A stretch of 63,313 nt of DNA, filler included, from Hyphochytrium catenoides (GCA_900088475.1; 12 parts of 12 records of this genome joined end to end with filler, not necessarily neighbours in it), one strand, 5' to 3'. Counted from the whole stretch's first letter, positions 15,181-27,180 are shown. Program-made: numbers and translations. The notes: a model not told the origin generated them from the sequence alone.

Positions 15181-18100
15181 TAAACTTCATTAAAAAAAGT
15201 AACCACTGGCATTGTCGTCCTCGTTAGTTTCATCAACGTGCTGCCGAAGAGATCGCCTCTACCAGCTCCGACAAGAATTACTGGCTGCAGAAGTTATCGC
15301 CCCTGACGCTCGTTGCCCTTGAAGAATTATTTTGTTGATGAGTTTATTGAACGTCTCTCTCTCCAGTCAGGGTATTTCGACGACGAGCTTTTCGGTGTTA
15401 TTACTCATGCTGCTCATCATCTCCTCTCTCATGGATGGAAGTAAAGGGGTGGTGACAGAACTTCCCCCTTTGTACGTACTGGGCTTTCTTTCTTCTTCTT
15501 TTAACTTCTTACCTATAACTTTTCCCTTCTACCCATTACTTCGTCATCACCACTCATCGTCATGGCCTACCATTCTTCTTGCGCTTCAAGGACCAAAAAC
15601 GTACAAAGGATAGCTATAGGTTCCAACAACGAGGAAGCCCAATCTACCATATTATATATAACAACGCAGTGGCAGTAGTAGTGAAAACAACAGAATCGAG
15701 ACCAAGCTAGGACGACGACAGGGCTTTGGCAACGTAGGTGATAAGCCTGTTTCCAACAAGCCAAAAGCAGGGCATCATCCGGCTGCGCGATGGCGAGCAA
15801 GCATAGGTAGATAGGCGAGAAAGCATCATAGATAGAAGCAAATAAAGCTAGCTTGGGCTCCTACTACTACTAGAAGTGGTGCAGTCACTCGATTTAGTAG
15901 GAAGTAATGAGTCAATGATCGACCGCGCTCATTCTGAAATTAGTTCTTGAGGACCTCGTCGTCATCGGATTCTTTCAAAGGCGACACCAGTGATGCTGCG
16001 ATTGTGCAGTGATGAGAAGACAGAAGAAGCCGACCGATATGAATGACAACCAGGGCCGCGGCGGCTCGGTCGAGCCATTATGACCAATAAATATCCAGGA
16101 AAGCAAGAAAGGCTATCGGGCTTCTCCTGTCTTCCAACCACCATCGCTGTATCGCAGTTGCCGCTCAACCACACGAGCCGTCCTTACTTGCAAAGAAACT
16201 TGAGACTTTCTTTCGTAGAATGTTGCCGCCAGCAGAAGGAAAGAAAGGTGCACATCTTGACGCTTGTACTACTGTAGTTCTACTGCTATTGAATAACTCT
16301 CTTCTCTTCTTATTTTGGCTCTCAATCACATTGGAGCAGCGATGAGAACTGACCAACACTGCTACCCGTCGTCCATCATCATAGATAGCTAGGATAATAC
16401 CTTAGCCCACTCCTACCAAGCTTCAAGCAGGAAAGAAGATGTCTAACAGAGCGCGGTAAGAATAACCGCCGTGCCACGTCGCCACCTGTTCCACATCAGC
16501 AACTGCCGCAACCCTGGGAGCAACGCATAAACTGCTGCTTCTATTATCTTTGGAATAGCACGATGACGACTGGGGAGGAAAGGAGGAGGAGGATGGGCTT
16601 GGACCAACCTTCTTTCCTTCGTGTCCAAATCATCCATAGGTGCAAGTCCAAGAAAGTGCAATAGCTGTCCCATCGCCAGCTTTATATTCAGAAAACTGTC
16701 CTGTGTGGCTCCTGTATGAGGCTTCTTTATTATGTTCTCTTCCTTGCTTTGGCACCTGTCACCTCCTCTTCTGCTGGTCGCCCTGCTCCTGCTGTCTATC
16801 CGTCAACGACAACTACCTGCTCATCGCTTAAGTCCTACCACTTTCTCTCCCTTGTCTTCTTCTTCTTCATCTCAAGCTCTCTGCTCGCTCGCTCTTCACA
16901 GGGTGGCCGCCATGCTTTGCTGAGAAAACAAGTGGCGCTAACGTGGTGGTTTGCACTGTGCCACTTATTATTTTTAAGCGGTATTGTTCTTCGCTGCTGT
17001 TGTTGGTCCTTCCGCGACATTCTGAACCCCTTCGAAGAGGCGTTTGTCTCCCTGTCAGTAACATCCCAAGCCATGGCTAAACGCATTCAAGGATTGCCAG
17101 ACGATGGAGTGGTTTGCCACTGGATGGAACGTGGAATCTATAGGAAGCTTGCCGTTCAAACGCTTCGTGGGACGGGGGGTTCAGCCGATGTCTCGATGGA
17201 AGTGACATCATCGGTTGACCATGTGGCATTGAAGAATAGGACAGACATCAAGCACTTGGTGGACTTCCTTGGCAAAAAAAACCTTTCCCAAATAACCGTA
17301 GTTTCTCACGGTTAGCCTGTAAGCTGCTGAGCACCTTGTTTGGTGCCACTTATTAGTAGACAGTGGTCGTTACTCTATTCTGCCCTTTCTTGTTTTCTCC
17401 CGCTCTTCTGAACCCATCAACATGCTCTCCTCCTCCTTCTCCAGGTGATCTTGCTGAACTTTTCCCGTCATCCTTTGTACTGGCCCTTTGCCTGGGTCAC
17501 TGTCTGTTCAAGCTGCGTCCTCTCCTCCCCATGTTGCCCAAAGAATCCTTGGCTCTCTTCGTACCTCAATGTTCTTCCTTCCCTTCGTTGATGTGATGAG
17601 GATGGCTACTCAGTTCCAGCTGGCAAGGTGGCGGTGCCGGCCTGGCTGGTAGTAAATACCAAGCCTTCATCCTCTCATTGGGGCCAAGCTTTTTGATGAG
17701 GATTCTGCATAGAAACTCCTAGAACTACTGCCCCAAACGCAAGCAGGAGGCATGATAAAAGCAATCATAGGTTAGCATCCATTATCCAGTCAATAGAACT
17801 ATCTGGGCGGAAAGATCAACCCAAGACAGCTCAGCCTTCCCAGATCAAGTAAGGAAAGGACTCCATTTTTTACATAGAAAAGCGACTATTGCTAGCTTCA
17901 CAATCCTTTTTGTTCCAATCAAACTACATCGCGTTAGATTATTGCCTGATTATATCTGTAGATAGGACCCTCCGAACAAGAATGCCACGAGGTATGGTTA
18001 GAGTGCTTCAGTATGGCAGCTTGTGGTTGAGTCTTTGTGTCTCTGTCATAGTAGCCAAGAATTATTGGTATCTACTCTGCAACTAATAAAACATAGGCGT

Positions 18101-21100
18101 TCCATGCTCTATTGGACTAGAGGAGGACGTGGAGAGGGAACAAAAGTTGGTCACAGCATGAACTCGGAAGAGCGGCTGTTGTCGCGATGTCGCGAACATC
18201 ACAACATTTACACAACCCAACAGGAAAAATATACCTGTAAACCATTTCTTCCTTTCCTGGCCAGAAAGATTGAGCAAGCCATTGACAAAGCTCATTGAAA
18301 GCTCATTTATGAATCCTTCATCTTCCAGAAGAGAGTGGACCAGCATGTGGACGGGGAAGAGGGGTACACGTCAGCTAGGACCGGCGCTATATTCTATAGC
18401 AGAGGAAAAGCAGACGCATGGCTGCTCCACAGACAGTACAAAGGAGAGCAAAAGGAGACAGAAAAACTCACGCCTATTTCCTCATCTCAGCGGTATGTCC
18501 AAGGACCCAGCCCAAGCATAGAAGGCACCAGGACGTTACATGGTACCATTCCTCAATCAAGGGTCCTCGTAGTGCTTTTCTTAGGGTGTCGCGTATAGAA
18601 GGACCACCTTCTCTTTGATTTCTTTTTCTTTCGAGGGAAGGTGATGACCTGTCACTTTGGCCACGTCTCTTGCCCCATGATGGAGTAATAATACCAACTA
18701 AACTCAATATAGTAGTAGATTGTACCCTGCTGTATTGTAGTAATGGTGGTGTTGACAAGGAGGGGGAGGAGCCTCCTCCATCCGCCGTCATAACCGCCTT
18801 GAGGCTACAGTTGCTGTACAGTAAAAGTTACCGTAATCGTGCTGGAGGTTGGTCGAGGGAATACTTCCACATCCTGCATCGCCCCGCCTAAACTACTACT
18901 ATGAATATCTATAGGATATCTCGAAGGGTTTTTATTAGCGGTTATGAGAGAGAGAGAAGAGAAAGATCCTGTTCTTTCGTCCTTGTTCTTTTCTCTCTCT
19001 CTCTCTCTTCTCTCTCTCTTTCCTCTTCTCTCCCTCTCCTCTCCCCTTGTAATTCAAAGCTCTTCCACGTTCGTCCCCATCCCATTCTGAGCATCATCCT
19101 CTCTCTCTCTCTCTGTTTACTAGTCTTGCTGTCCTACGCGGTGGGTTGAAGGAGCAGAAAGGGCAGGCAAGAACTGAAAGTGAGCGGACAGTGCAGTGCC
19201 TCCAGTCGAGGTCGCCCCCAACGGCCCTCGTAGCACGAGCGTTATAGGTTGTTAAGAGGGGGCAGACAGACTGATGCCGCTGACGAAGCGACAGTAGNNN
19301 NNNNNNNNNNNNNNNNNNNNNNNNNNNNNNNNNNNNNNNNNTTAATTAATTAANNNNNNNNNNNNNNNNNNNNNNNNNNNNNNNNNNNNNNNNNNNNTTC
19401 TTTTACGAGTATCACCCGCTGCTACACCTGACGGACCGTTGTGCGTCTCTTCGTTTCGTCCTTTGATGGTGGGGAACTGACAACCTGCACTGGTATCAGA
19501 CGTATGAATCAGACCTCCTGTCCTCTCACTTCTAGCAGAACATACACGTCTTACCGAAGCGATAGACATAATCGAGACAAGACAGGAGTGATGAGAAAGG
19601 CGAGCAGGAAGAGGTTTATAACGACGAGGGCAGCAGGGAGCAGACAGACCCGACAGGTCCCTTGAGCCGTCGGCCAGTGAGGCAGTAGTGGGCATCTAGA
19701 GCCGTTACTGCTGAACAAGCAGTGGAAACAGTCCTCCTCCTTCTTCTCCCTGCGTTCTGGCAGTTGTCCTGGCTCTATGGGTTCTTACATTCTTCTAAAA
19801 GGGTCATTCTGCATTATATGACTGTAAGGTTTATCCTGGCCTCTGGCAATAAGGGTCAACCGTGGGATGGGATGCATCGAACCTTTTGAATGGGTTATTG
19901 CTCTCTGGAAATATTTCGCAGGCTAGGAAAGAAAGCAATCTTGGGCCCCAGTAAGGGCGCAGTATACGACTGAATGTTTCCAACCAAAGAAGCATAATTT
20001 CCCTCATAGTTTGGTCATAGCATGAATGTGGTGTGCCAGGTTGCTCTTCATTCCCAATCGCAGGTCAGGTCCTCCCTAACCATCAGCCCTCTCTTACAAG
20101 GGTTAGCTAATGGGGAGTATCCTCGGCTACATGGGGGTCACTTGGAGCAGTAGCAGTTGTAAAGCTAGTTGTAACCCCTCACGCAGGAATCTTACTACAC
20201 CCGTTAAGAGCGCTATGATAGGCAAAATGTGGCAGTCCTGTACTATTATTTTCTGCTCAGGGGTTGGGAGGAAGCTTGCCCTTACGACATCTCTAGGGCA
20301 TTCTGTCTCGTTGCTTTTATGTTGAACACGCTTTATTTCGTCCAACCTTGGCAGATTCTGTCTACCCGTATTTAGGTCTTCTCTCCCTGTCCTTTCTCTA
20401 CCTCTTCATAAACTCTTTCTCTCTCTCCCTCTGTCTCTCTAAACCTCTTCTCCCTTCCTTCCTTTCTAGGTCTTATACCTCTATAGGCTCCCATCTGTCT
20501 GACCAAAGGTATGTCTCGTTTGTCTCTCTCTCTCGTCCGCCTGCCCATCATTAATGTTGGGAGAGCTGGTGCGCTGTGGAATCCTTGAAGGGGCAGTTTC
20601 TGAGGAGAAAGTTCCTTTTTTGTCGTTTTCTCTCTCTCTCTCTNNNNNNNNNNNNNNNNNNNNNNNNNNNNNNNNNNNNNNNNNNNNTTAATTAATTAAN
20701 NNNNNNNNNNNNNNNNNNNNNNNNNNNNNNNNNNNNNNNNNNNCTCTTGCTATGATGGACAGGGCACCAGTGCCAAGGAGTTTGGCCAGAAGCTTAGTGA
20801 AGCGCTGGATTTTATTGGAGAGATAGTTCGTCCTCTCTCATCTCTTGGGCAACAGCAATGAGGGAGAGAGAGGAACGAGAGAAGAAGGATTGAGAATAGA
20901 ACAAGAGACAGAGAGAAGAGATTGAAAATAGAAAAGGAGAAAGAGAGAGGTCTTGGTCTTCATGCAAGTGTATAATATATTTTTAGCTGCTTCTCCTCTT
21001 TGCATCTTCTCTCTTTTGAGTTTGAGACCGCCCCCCATAGCCCTCGTCACTCTCCTGGCCCTCCTCACGCCTTTCCTTCTCTCTCTCTCTCTCTCTCTCT

Positions 21101-21342
21101 CTTCCACATCTATCTTTCCATTTCAAGACTACATCCAGGCCAATCGGTTAGTTATCTTAGAGGATAAGCAATCGCTTCTATTCTTGACTGCTTCGGTACG
21201 CGAGATGGAAAAAGATAGAGGAAGAAGCAACACCAAGAGGAAGACAGGGGAAGAGAGAGAGAAGTCCCTATATATTGTGCCGTATTGCTCTAAGAAAAAA
21301 ATAGTAGTTTTGCTCTTCTCTCCTTCTTCGTCTCTTCACCGC

Positions 21343-21819
21343 TTAGAGACCGCCAAAGCGTGCCTTGAAGACTTTTTCCATACGAATTGCAGGGCCCAGC
21401 GGGACCCCAACAGCTCGTAGAGCGGCAACTGGGAGATCCGGTAGACTCTGCAATAGAGAGAGAGAAAGAGAGAGAGAGATAAGATAGACGGTTAGACTTA
21501 TGCCAGTTTGTACAGAGTCAAGGAGCATGACAGGATTTTCAGCTTCTCTATCTCTCTCCCTTTATTGAGTATACGGCAAGCACACGTCCTGCCCTTCAAC
21601 AGCTCTGCGCACTCTCTCCCCATTCTCCGTCTCTCTCTCTTTCTCTCAAATGGATCGTCCTCTTTCTGCTAACAATATATTCCTCTTCCTTGTCTCCCCC
21701 TCTCTCTTTCTCTATCTTGCTCTCTCTTTTTTCCTTACCTCCAGGGTAACTTTGCCTGCCATAAGATTAGGAAGGTAGCTGTCGAGGTCATGAGGTCGTA
21801 GCATCTTCCCCAGCGCTTG
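21343..21819 (-). CDS. 3' end of a gene encoding a C-terminal SAM (sterile alpha motif) domain (exons 21819-21739, 21447-21343)
   Basis: Spliced product QALGKMLRPHDLDSYLPNLMAGKVTLE|SLPDLPVAALRAVGVPLGPAIRMEKVF fits the SAM pattern L..Y...L....+.+..L..L....L..+G+.LG; phase-0 GT-AG intron. Confidence 0.7.
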
Positions 21820-22231
21820 NNNNNNNNNNNNNNNNNNNNNNNNNNNNNNNNNNNNNNNNNNNNTTAATTAATTAANNNNNNNNNNNNNNNNNNNNNNNNN
21901 NNNNNNNNNNNNNNNNNNNGTGTAAGAGACAGTGCAAGAGAGCTAAAGAATTTTCTTCCGCTTCCTGAATTCCATTCTTGCGGTCAAGAGGAAGTGCCCA
22001 ACCGCCGTATGCCTGCTCCACTCCAGTACTAGCAGGCACGTGCTCTTCATAGTAAAGACAGGACAGAGCGGTGAAGGGAGCAAGAACGAGAGAGAGACAC
22101 AGAGTTTGTTTGAGCGGTCATACAGATAAGTGAGAAATGCCGAGTAAGAGGGAAGAGAGAGAGAGAGGAGAGAGAATGACAGAGAGAGAGAGGCACGAAA
22201 GACAGAGAGAGGGAGAGAGAGAGGGAGAGAA

Positions 22232-22264
<33 letters not shown>

Positions 22265-22670
22265 AGTGAGAGAGAGAGAGAGAGAGATAGCCAGTTCTAT
22301 GGGACACTGTGTGGATCTTTGAGGGTTTGTGTGTCAGTTCTGTGATGCACTTACTGGTCCGTTTTTTGACCAGCCGCCTTGCCTACATCTGATTGGCTGG
22401 AGTATCCTGACTACCCATCATGTGTTTGTCAGTCTTCTGTGGGTAACTTTTTCTCCACTTGAAATCCTGTGAGCAAAGCCCAAGTTGCTGCAAACAATGT
22501 GCTTGCAAACAATCGAATTTGCGAGCTGAAACTTTGGATTCAAGCAAATATACAAAATTTCCATTTGCTTGCTGAAGCTGTGGAAGCCATTGATGTTACC
22601 CATGGGTGCCTGCAATCATATTTGCAGATTCTGGCTGTCAAGATTCCGCGTTGGAAGCAATTATAAAGAG

Positions 22671-22730
22671 TGTGAGCAATTCAGAATGTGAGCAATTAGG
22701 AATGTTTTAGCAATTCAGAATGTGAGCAAT
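22671..22730. repeat. 16-18 bp tandem repeat (tgtgagcaattcagaa) x ~3.6
   Basis: Units at 22671, 22687, 22703 (variant) and 22721. Confidence 0.85.
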
Positions 22731-22999
22731 AGAGGTGTTGTTGGTGTTTGGTTACCCAAGACAAAACGGTATTGGTTCGGTGTTTCGATGAAACAGTTGT
22801 GATGTCATGTGTTTGTGACCCTTTATCCGGAAAGCATGAAAGAAGGGTTCAATCAACTGTTAGCGGGTTTATTGGTAGTAATAGAAAGAATGGTGCGTCA
22901 CACATGCGTTTCATAGCCATCATCCGTGGTGGCTATGAAACGGCAGAAGATAAGAAAAATATAGACCTATTAATATGAGTTCATTGATTGTCGCGAGGT

Positions 23000-23546
23000 C
23001 TAGGTTTGTAATTTGTTAAATCCACCGATCCGCAAAAGTGTGTCCTTCTTTCGCTGATAGCCGCCCTGTTTGGTGTTCTCTTTCGGGCACAAGACAGCGA
23101 GACTCTCCACGGGAGCAATGTTCTGGAGGCTCGCGGGAGTTGTTGGTTCGCAGAGACTGCTAACCGGTATCTTGTGCTCTAGGTTCCATTTCTTACCGTA
23201 GTTCATCTCCGAGAACTCTTTGTGGGCTGCCAATAGTTGCTTGATCTTCTTTTTGAATTCCTGTTTTGGTGCCAATGACTCTATTTCCCATGATGCTGTA
23301 TACAATGCCGTGCTCAGCGCATCTCGCTTGGATACCTGTACACCAGTTACGCCACATCTTGGTACGTTGGGAGTCGTCAGAGTATTCGTCAGCCCGGACC
23401 AGGCCCTGACACTTCTCGTCGCACTGTTGATGTGAACAGATCACCGTCTCCTGTTCTTTGCGAGCGACGTGCTGTAGCCGCTTTCGAAGGTGATGGGATT
23501 CGCTGAAGGTCAGTTGGCAGTGGCCTTGTTTGTGGACGTGAACTGG
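23000..23546 (-). pseudogene. HNH endonuclease domain of NCLDV/prasinovirus type, frameshifted at ~23265, probably the C-terminus of the pPolB ORF
   Basis: Repaired sequence RVIGTK/QEFKKKIKQLL..FSEMNYGKKWNLEHKIPVSS...ESLAVLCPKENTKQG matches the recalled pattern LGC..EFK.HIE.QF..M.W.NYG.WHIDHI.P...NLQPL...EN..KG. Confidence 0.65.
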
Positions 23547-26500
23547 TTATGATATGTGTCAAGTTCTCAGGGTTCCCGCTGCGAGCACAGATAATGCAGG
23601 TTGGTGTCTGGAAGCAATGCTGATGAGACCAATAGACATTGTCGTCTAAGGTATTCCGAAGCATATCTTTCTGTAGTCCGCTCCGTGAACAATGCGCACA
23701 GAAAGCTAGTCGCTCTGTTTTACAGTGCTGGTTGTTGTCGCATTTATGTTTGCAACCTCGGAAGAAACCGTGTGGCCTGCTCTGTGTCGGTGTTAACCAG
23801 TAACTCTTCCGATCACACATAGTCAATGTTTTGAATTCCCGCCGAGTCTCCATAGTTACACCACCACTTGTTTTGTGGTAGCACTTCTTGAAGATTGTAT
23901 TGTCAACTGATATCTGTGCGAGCTCAAGGTATGTTTGCAGGAACTGTTCGTGGGTTGTCTTGAGCTCTGTCTTGGTAACACCTTTGGCCTTGCGACAGTC
24001 TGTGCCGTCTGTGAACAACATCGACCGAAGCTTTGGGCCAAGAGCCACGAATTCTGCTATCTGAGCTTCCAGTATGAACTTGCCTGAAGTGATGTCATTC
24101 CTGTCCTTGGTAAAGAACTGGTCTCTTAGAGGGTCACTGAACTTGCTGAGGAAGTCTTCGTAGGGGTCTGCCTTGACGTTAATAAAAGCTGAATCGGTAT
24201 CCGTGTAGAGCAGTTCGAGGTCTTCCCTTGAGTATGTTTTCCATAGGCAATTGTAAGTAAAAGCATAGAGCAGTGATTTGGACATCCATAAGGCCCCTGA
24301 GCCCAAATGGCGGGGCGTTTTTAAGGTCACGGAAGCTCTGCAGCTGACCATGAGTGATGTCGCTGATAGTTTCTTGACACCAACGATTTCCTTTCCCTGG
24401 GCTCGCGTCAAACATTCAAACATTCCGTGGAGTCACTGACAATGAAGTCGGTCGTGTACTTTGACTCGTCCTGTAAGCTCTTACCGTATACCGAGTTCTG
24501 AATGAGCTTATAGTACTCTTTGAGCGCCTGGCCCTTTCTGATGAGGTCTTCGTTATGTTCTCGTTCTCCTTGAACGATCATGTCTTGGGCCTCACGTCGT
24601 TTCTGAGTGTAATAGTCGATGAATTCTTTGTAGACAATCTCAAATCGCATTGGTAGAATCTTCTTGACTCTCGAAAGAGTTACCATGTCATTCGCAAGCA
24701 GGAAAACGAGCGCATATGCAGGCAAAACATAGTCTGGCTTTGGATTGAGAGTCAACATCAATCTCTCTTCTCCCACACTGGGTTTCTTATTGATTGCTCT
24801 TTGGACGCGATTGCCGAAAAGTCCGAGGTTGCCTGGTGGCCGCTCCTTCGTGGGTAAGACAGGAAATGTCAGCCGTTCTTTCTGTTCGTCAGTGTAGAAC
24901 AGATCACACTGGACAAGACTTGTCATCAAACCGCCATCGTCATTAAGCTCATTGTTGATTTTGCCAGTCGCTTCTTCATACATGAGCTTGCGTAGGAGGT
25001 CTTTCGCTCGGTCCGTCTTGCTAAATTGGATGATTTTCTGTTGAAAAGTGCCGCACCGCTTGGGATCCTCTATGAAGTCACATACCGCTTCGCCTTTGTC
25101 GTCAGTTGGAAATATCAAAAGAGGCCTTGCCATTGCCCAAGGATGCATTGAATTTGCATCTAGACAATAGATCTTGGGTGACTCCGTTGCCTTCGAGTAG
25201 TGATTCAGGACAACAGTTAACCCTCCGTAGATTGATGTGTTTATGAACACTGAAGCTTTCTCGTTGGGAATGGTATGAATGGTAGTCCTTAGAAAGGAGC
25301 TCTTGAATATGTTGTCTCCTAACTGTGAGATAGTTAGATAGTTGAGGATTTCAAGGCCTGTGTCTTTGAAGACGGTATCTCGATAATTGGCGACCGCATC
25401 CATAAGTAATTCGACATCACGGAGACAGTAGTTTTCGGTGTACGCCTTAAGGTTTGGCTCTGGCAAGGAGTTCCACACTTTGAGAGCCTGCGCTTCTCGG
25501 TCGCTCCAAATTCCAGTTGGAAATGTGGACTCGGTGAACTGCACAGGATCCTTCAAGTACTCATAGTTGAACGGTAGCTTCGCTTTGGAGACACCATTTC
25601 CACGGCCAAAGTCTTCCAAGGACCCACCACCGCCCTGCTTCATAATGTCCGTGAACTGGTAGGATATAACTCTCTTGTGCTTCCGACTGTAGGTGTTCCA
25701 GCGTAGTTCTAGAATTCCTGACGCTTGATTGACCACCCTCTTAACTTTCTTGATATGGCTCAAGAGAAAAGTTGAGTCGTAACGTGACGAACAGAAGCCC
25801 AGAATCGGGACGACGATTTGGCTCTGGAGCAGTTCCTTTTGGAGCTTCCCATAGATGCAATCGTGCGAACAAATGTCTTCATCTTTATACCTGTCACACT
25901 TACAGAGGTGCTGGTATTGCGCAAGCTTCGTAGTTCTTGCTTTTAATATGTTCGTTAACAGGATGTCGGCAAGATCGTACCGCAGCCAATTGAGAAATCT
26001 CGCACCAACATCGTTCTTTGTCGGCACCAGAGGGTTAACCTTCGATGTGTTGGTATAGACAAACTTCTGCTTGTAAGTTCTGTCCATAGCCACAATCGTA
26101 TGCGGCAGGTGAACCTGGTTGTGGTCTATGATCGATTCAATGTCATAGCAAATATAGGTCTCATGTTGAAGTTGCTTGCCGTTGTTCAGCTCTTCGTAGG
26201 CTTTGTGGACCGGAGAGTACTTGAGGAACCCCTTGGCATATTTGGGGGCTATCTGAAGAGTCCGGCGCTTGCTGCAGGTATTCAAATGGTTGTGGTAGTA
26301 GTTTGGGCATTGCTGATACCTCCCAGAGCTCTTGCGTTTCCACTTCTTGCCGCAGTAGGGACATTTGGTTTGGTCTCCATAAATATGCAACTTATCGATG
26401 AGTGCGAAATGACATTCATTGTCATCAACCTTGGAAACATCTAAGAATATGTCCTCTGCCTCTTCGCCGGAGAAGATACTGCAAATGACTTCCCAGCTCT

Positions 26501-27180
26501 TGTTCTTATCTTGATAACAAATGAAAAGGTTGCAATTTGTTGCCTGGGCAAGGCTCCGTAACGCCTCGTACTCGAACGGAACTACTTGCTTCTGACATTG
26601 TTCTGTGTGAGAGACTTGGCCTCGCTCTTTGACTCGCTTGTCTGCGAAGTCGTGTAGTTTCTTGGGATCAGAGATGATGTCAGTGAATTCTTCCAGACCT
26701 AGAACGTCCAGAATTATTGGATTGGCAAGTCGCCCGTCATCTGAGGCTTTGCAGCCGTACAGATGGCAACAAAGATCCTGGGCCACCAGCCTTTGCAATG
26801 GCGAATTGTTCTCTCCAAACGATATGTCCTCGTAGAGCTTTCGGAACTTTCCAATTCCAATAGATCTGAAAACACGGAGGTCGTCCGCACCATGAACTTG
26901 AATGACACCAGACGCTTACCCCCTGACTTGTAGCCCTTGTGACCTATCTGTGGGCATTTGAGGACTTTGACAGTGAAGTCCTTTAGTTCATGAAGTACAC
27001 GATTTGACTCATTTAACTCAGTATCCATCCACGCCTCTAGCGCATTTTCGAGTGCAGTTGACAGCTCTGCGACCGCCTTGTAGTGAACACTTGGCGAAAG
27101 ACTCCGTTCGGAAAATAAAAGGACCTCGTACCTGTTGAGAGCAGTCCGGTCACGACGTACCAACCGGCGCGCTAACAGAG
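23389..27180 (-). pseudogene. polB: Protein-primed family B DNA polymerase (pPolB), frameshifted at ~26915 and 24408-24423, 5' truncated
   Basis: Exo I YDIES, Exo II GFCSSRYD, Exo III YCLRDV, SIYGG, motif A DANSMHP, motif B KLIQNSVYGK, motif C YTDTDS, ALGPK, KAKGV, terminal DRK...SRPHG; C2H2-like CPYC..H..C in the N-terminal part. Confidence 0.93.

Larger units (their letters stand above)
22291..27180 (-). mobile_element. Endogenous Polinton/Maverick-like (pPolB-encoding) element fragment
   Basis: Abrupt switch from (GA)n host DNA to intronless, microsatellite-free sequence carrying a protein-primed polymerase; left boundary approximate, right side cut by linker; no TIR, integrase or capsid visible. 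Confidence 0.75.

Noticed and set aside
20127-20345. Possible retroelement integrase zinc-binding remnant (IIVQDCHILP)
   Set aside because: No GH.G, CxxC, RT or DDE motifs nearby
22671-22730. CRISPR-like array
   Set aside because: Contiguous units without unique spacers; eukaryotic context; no cas genes
26866-26919. GTAAG...TTTTCAG intron that might fix the first pPolB frameshift
   Set aside because: Length is 54 nt (a multiple of 3), so splicing would not change frame and would delete conserved-looking sequence
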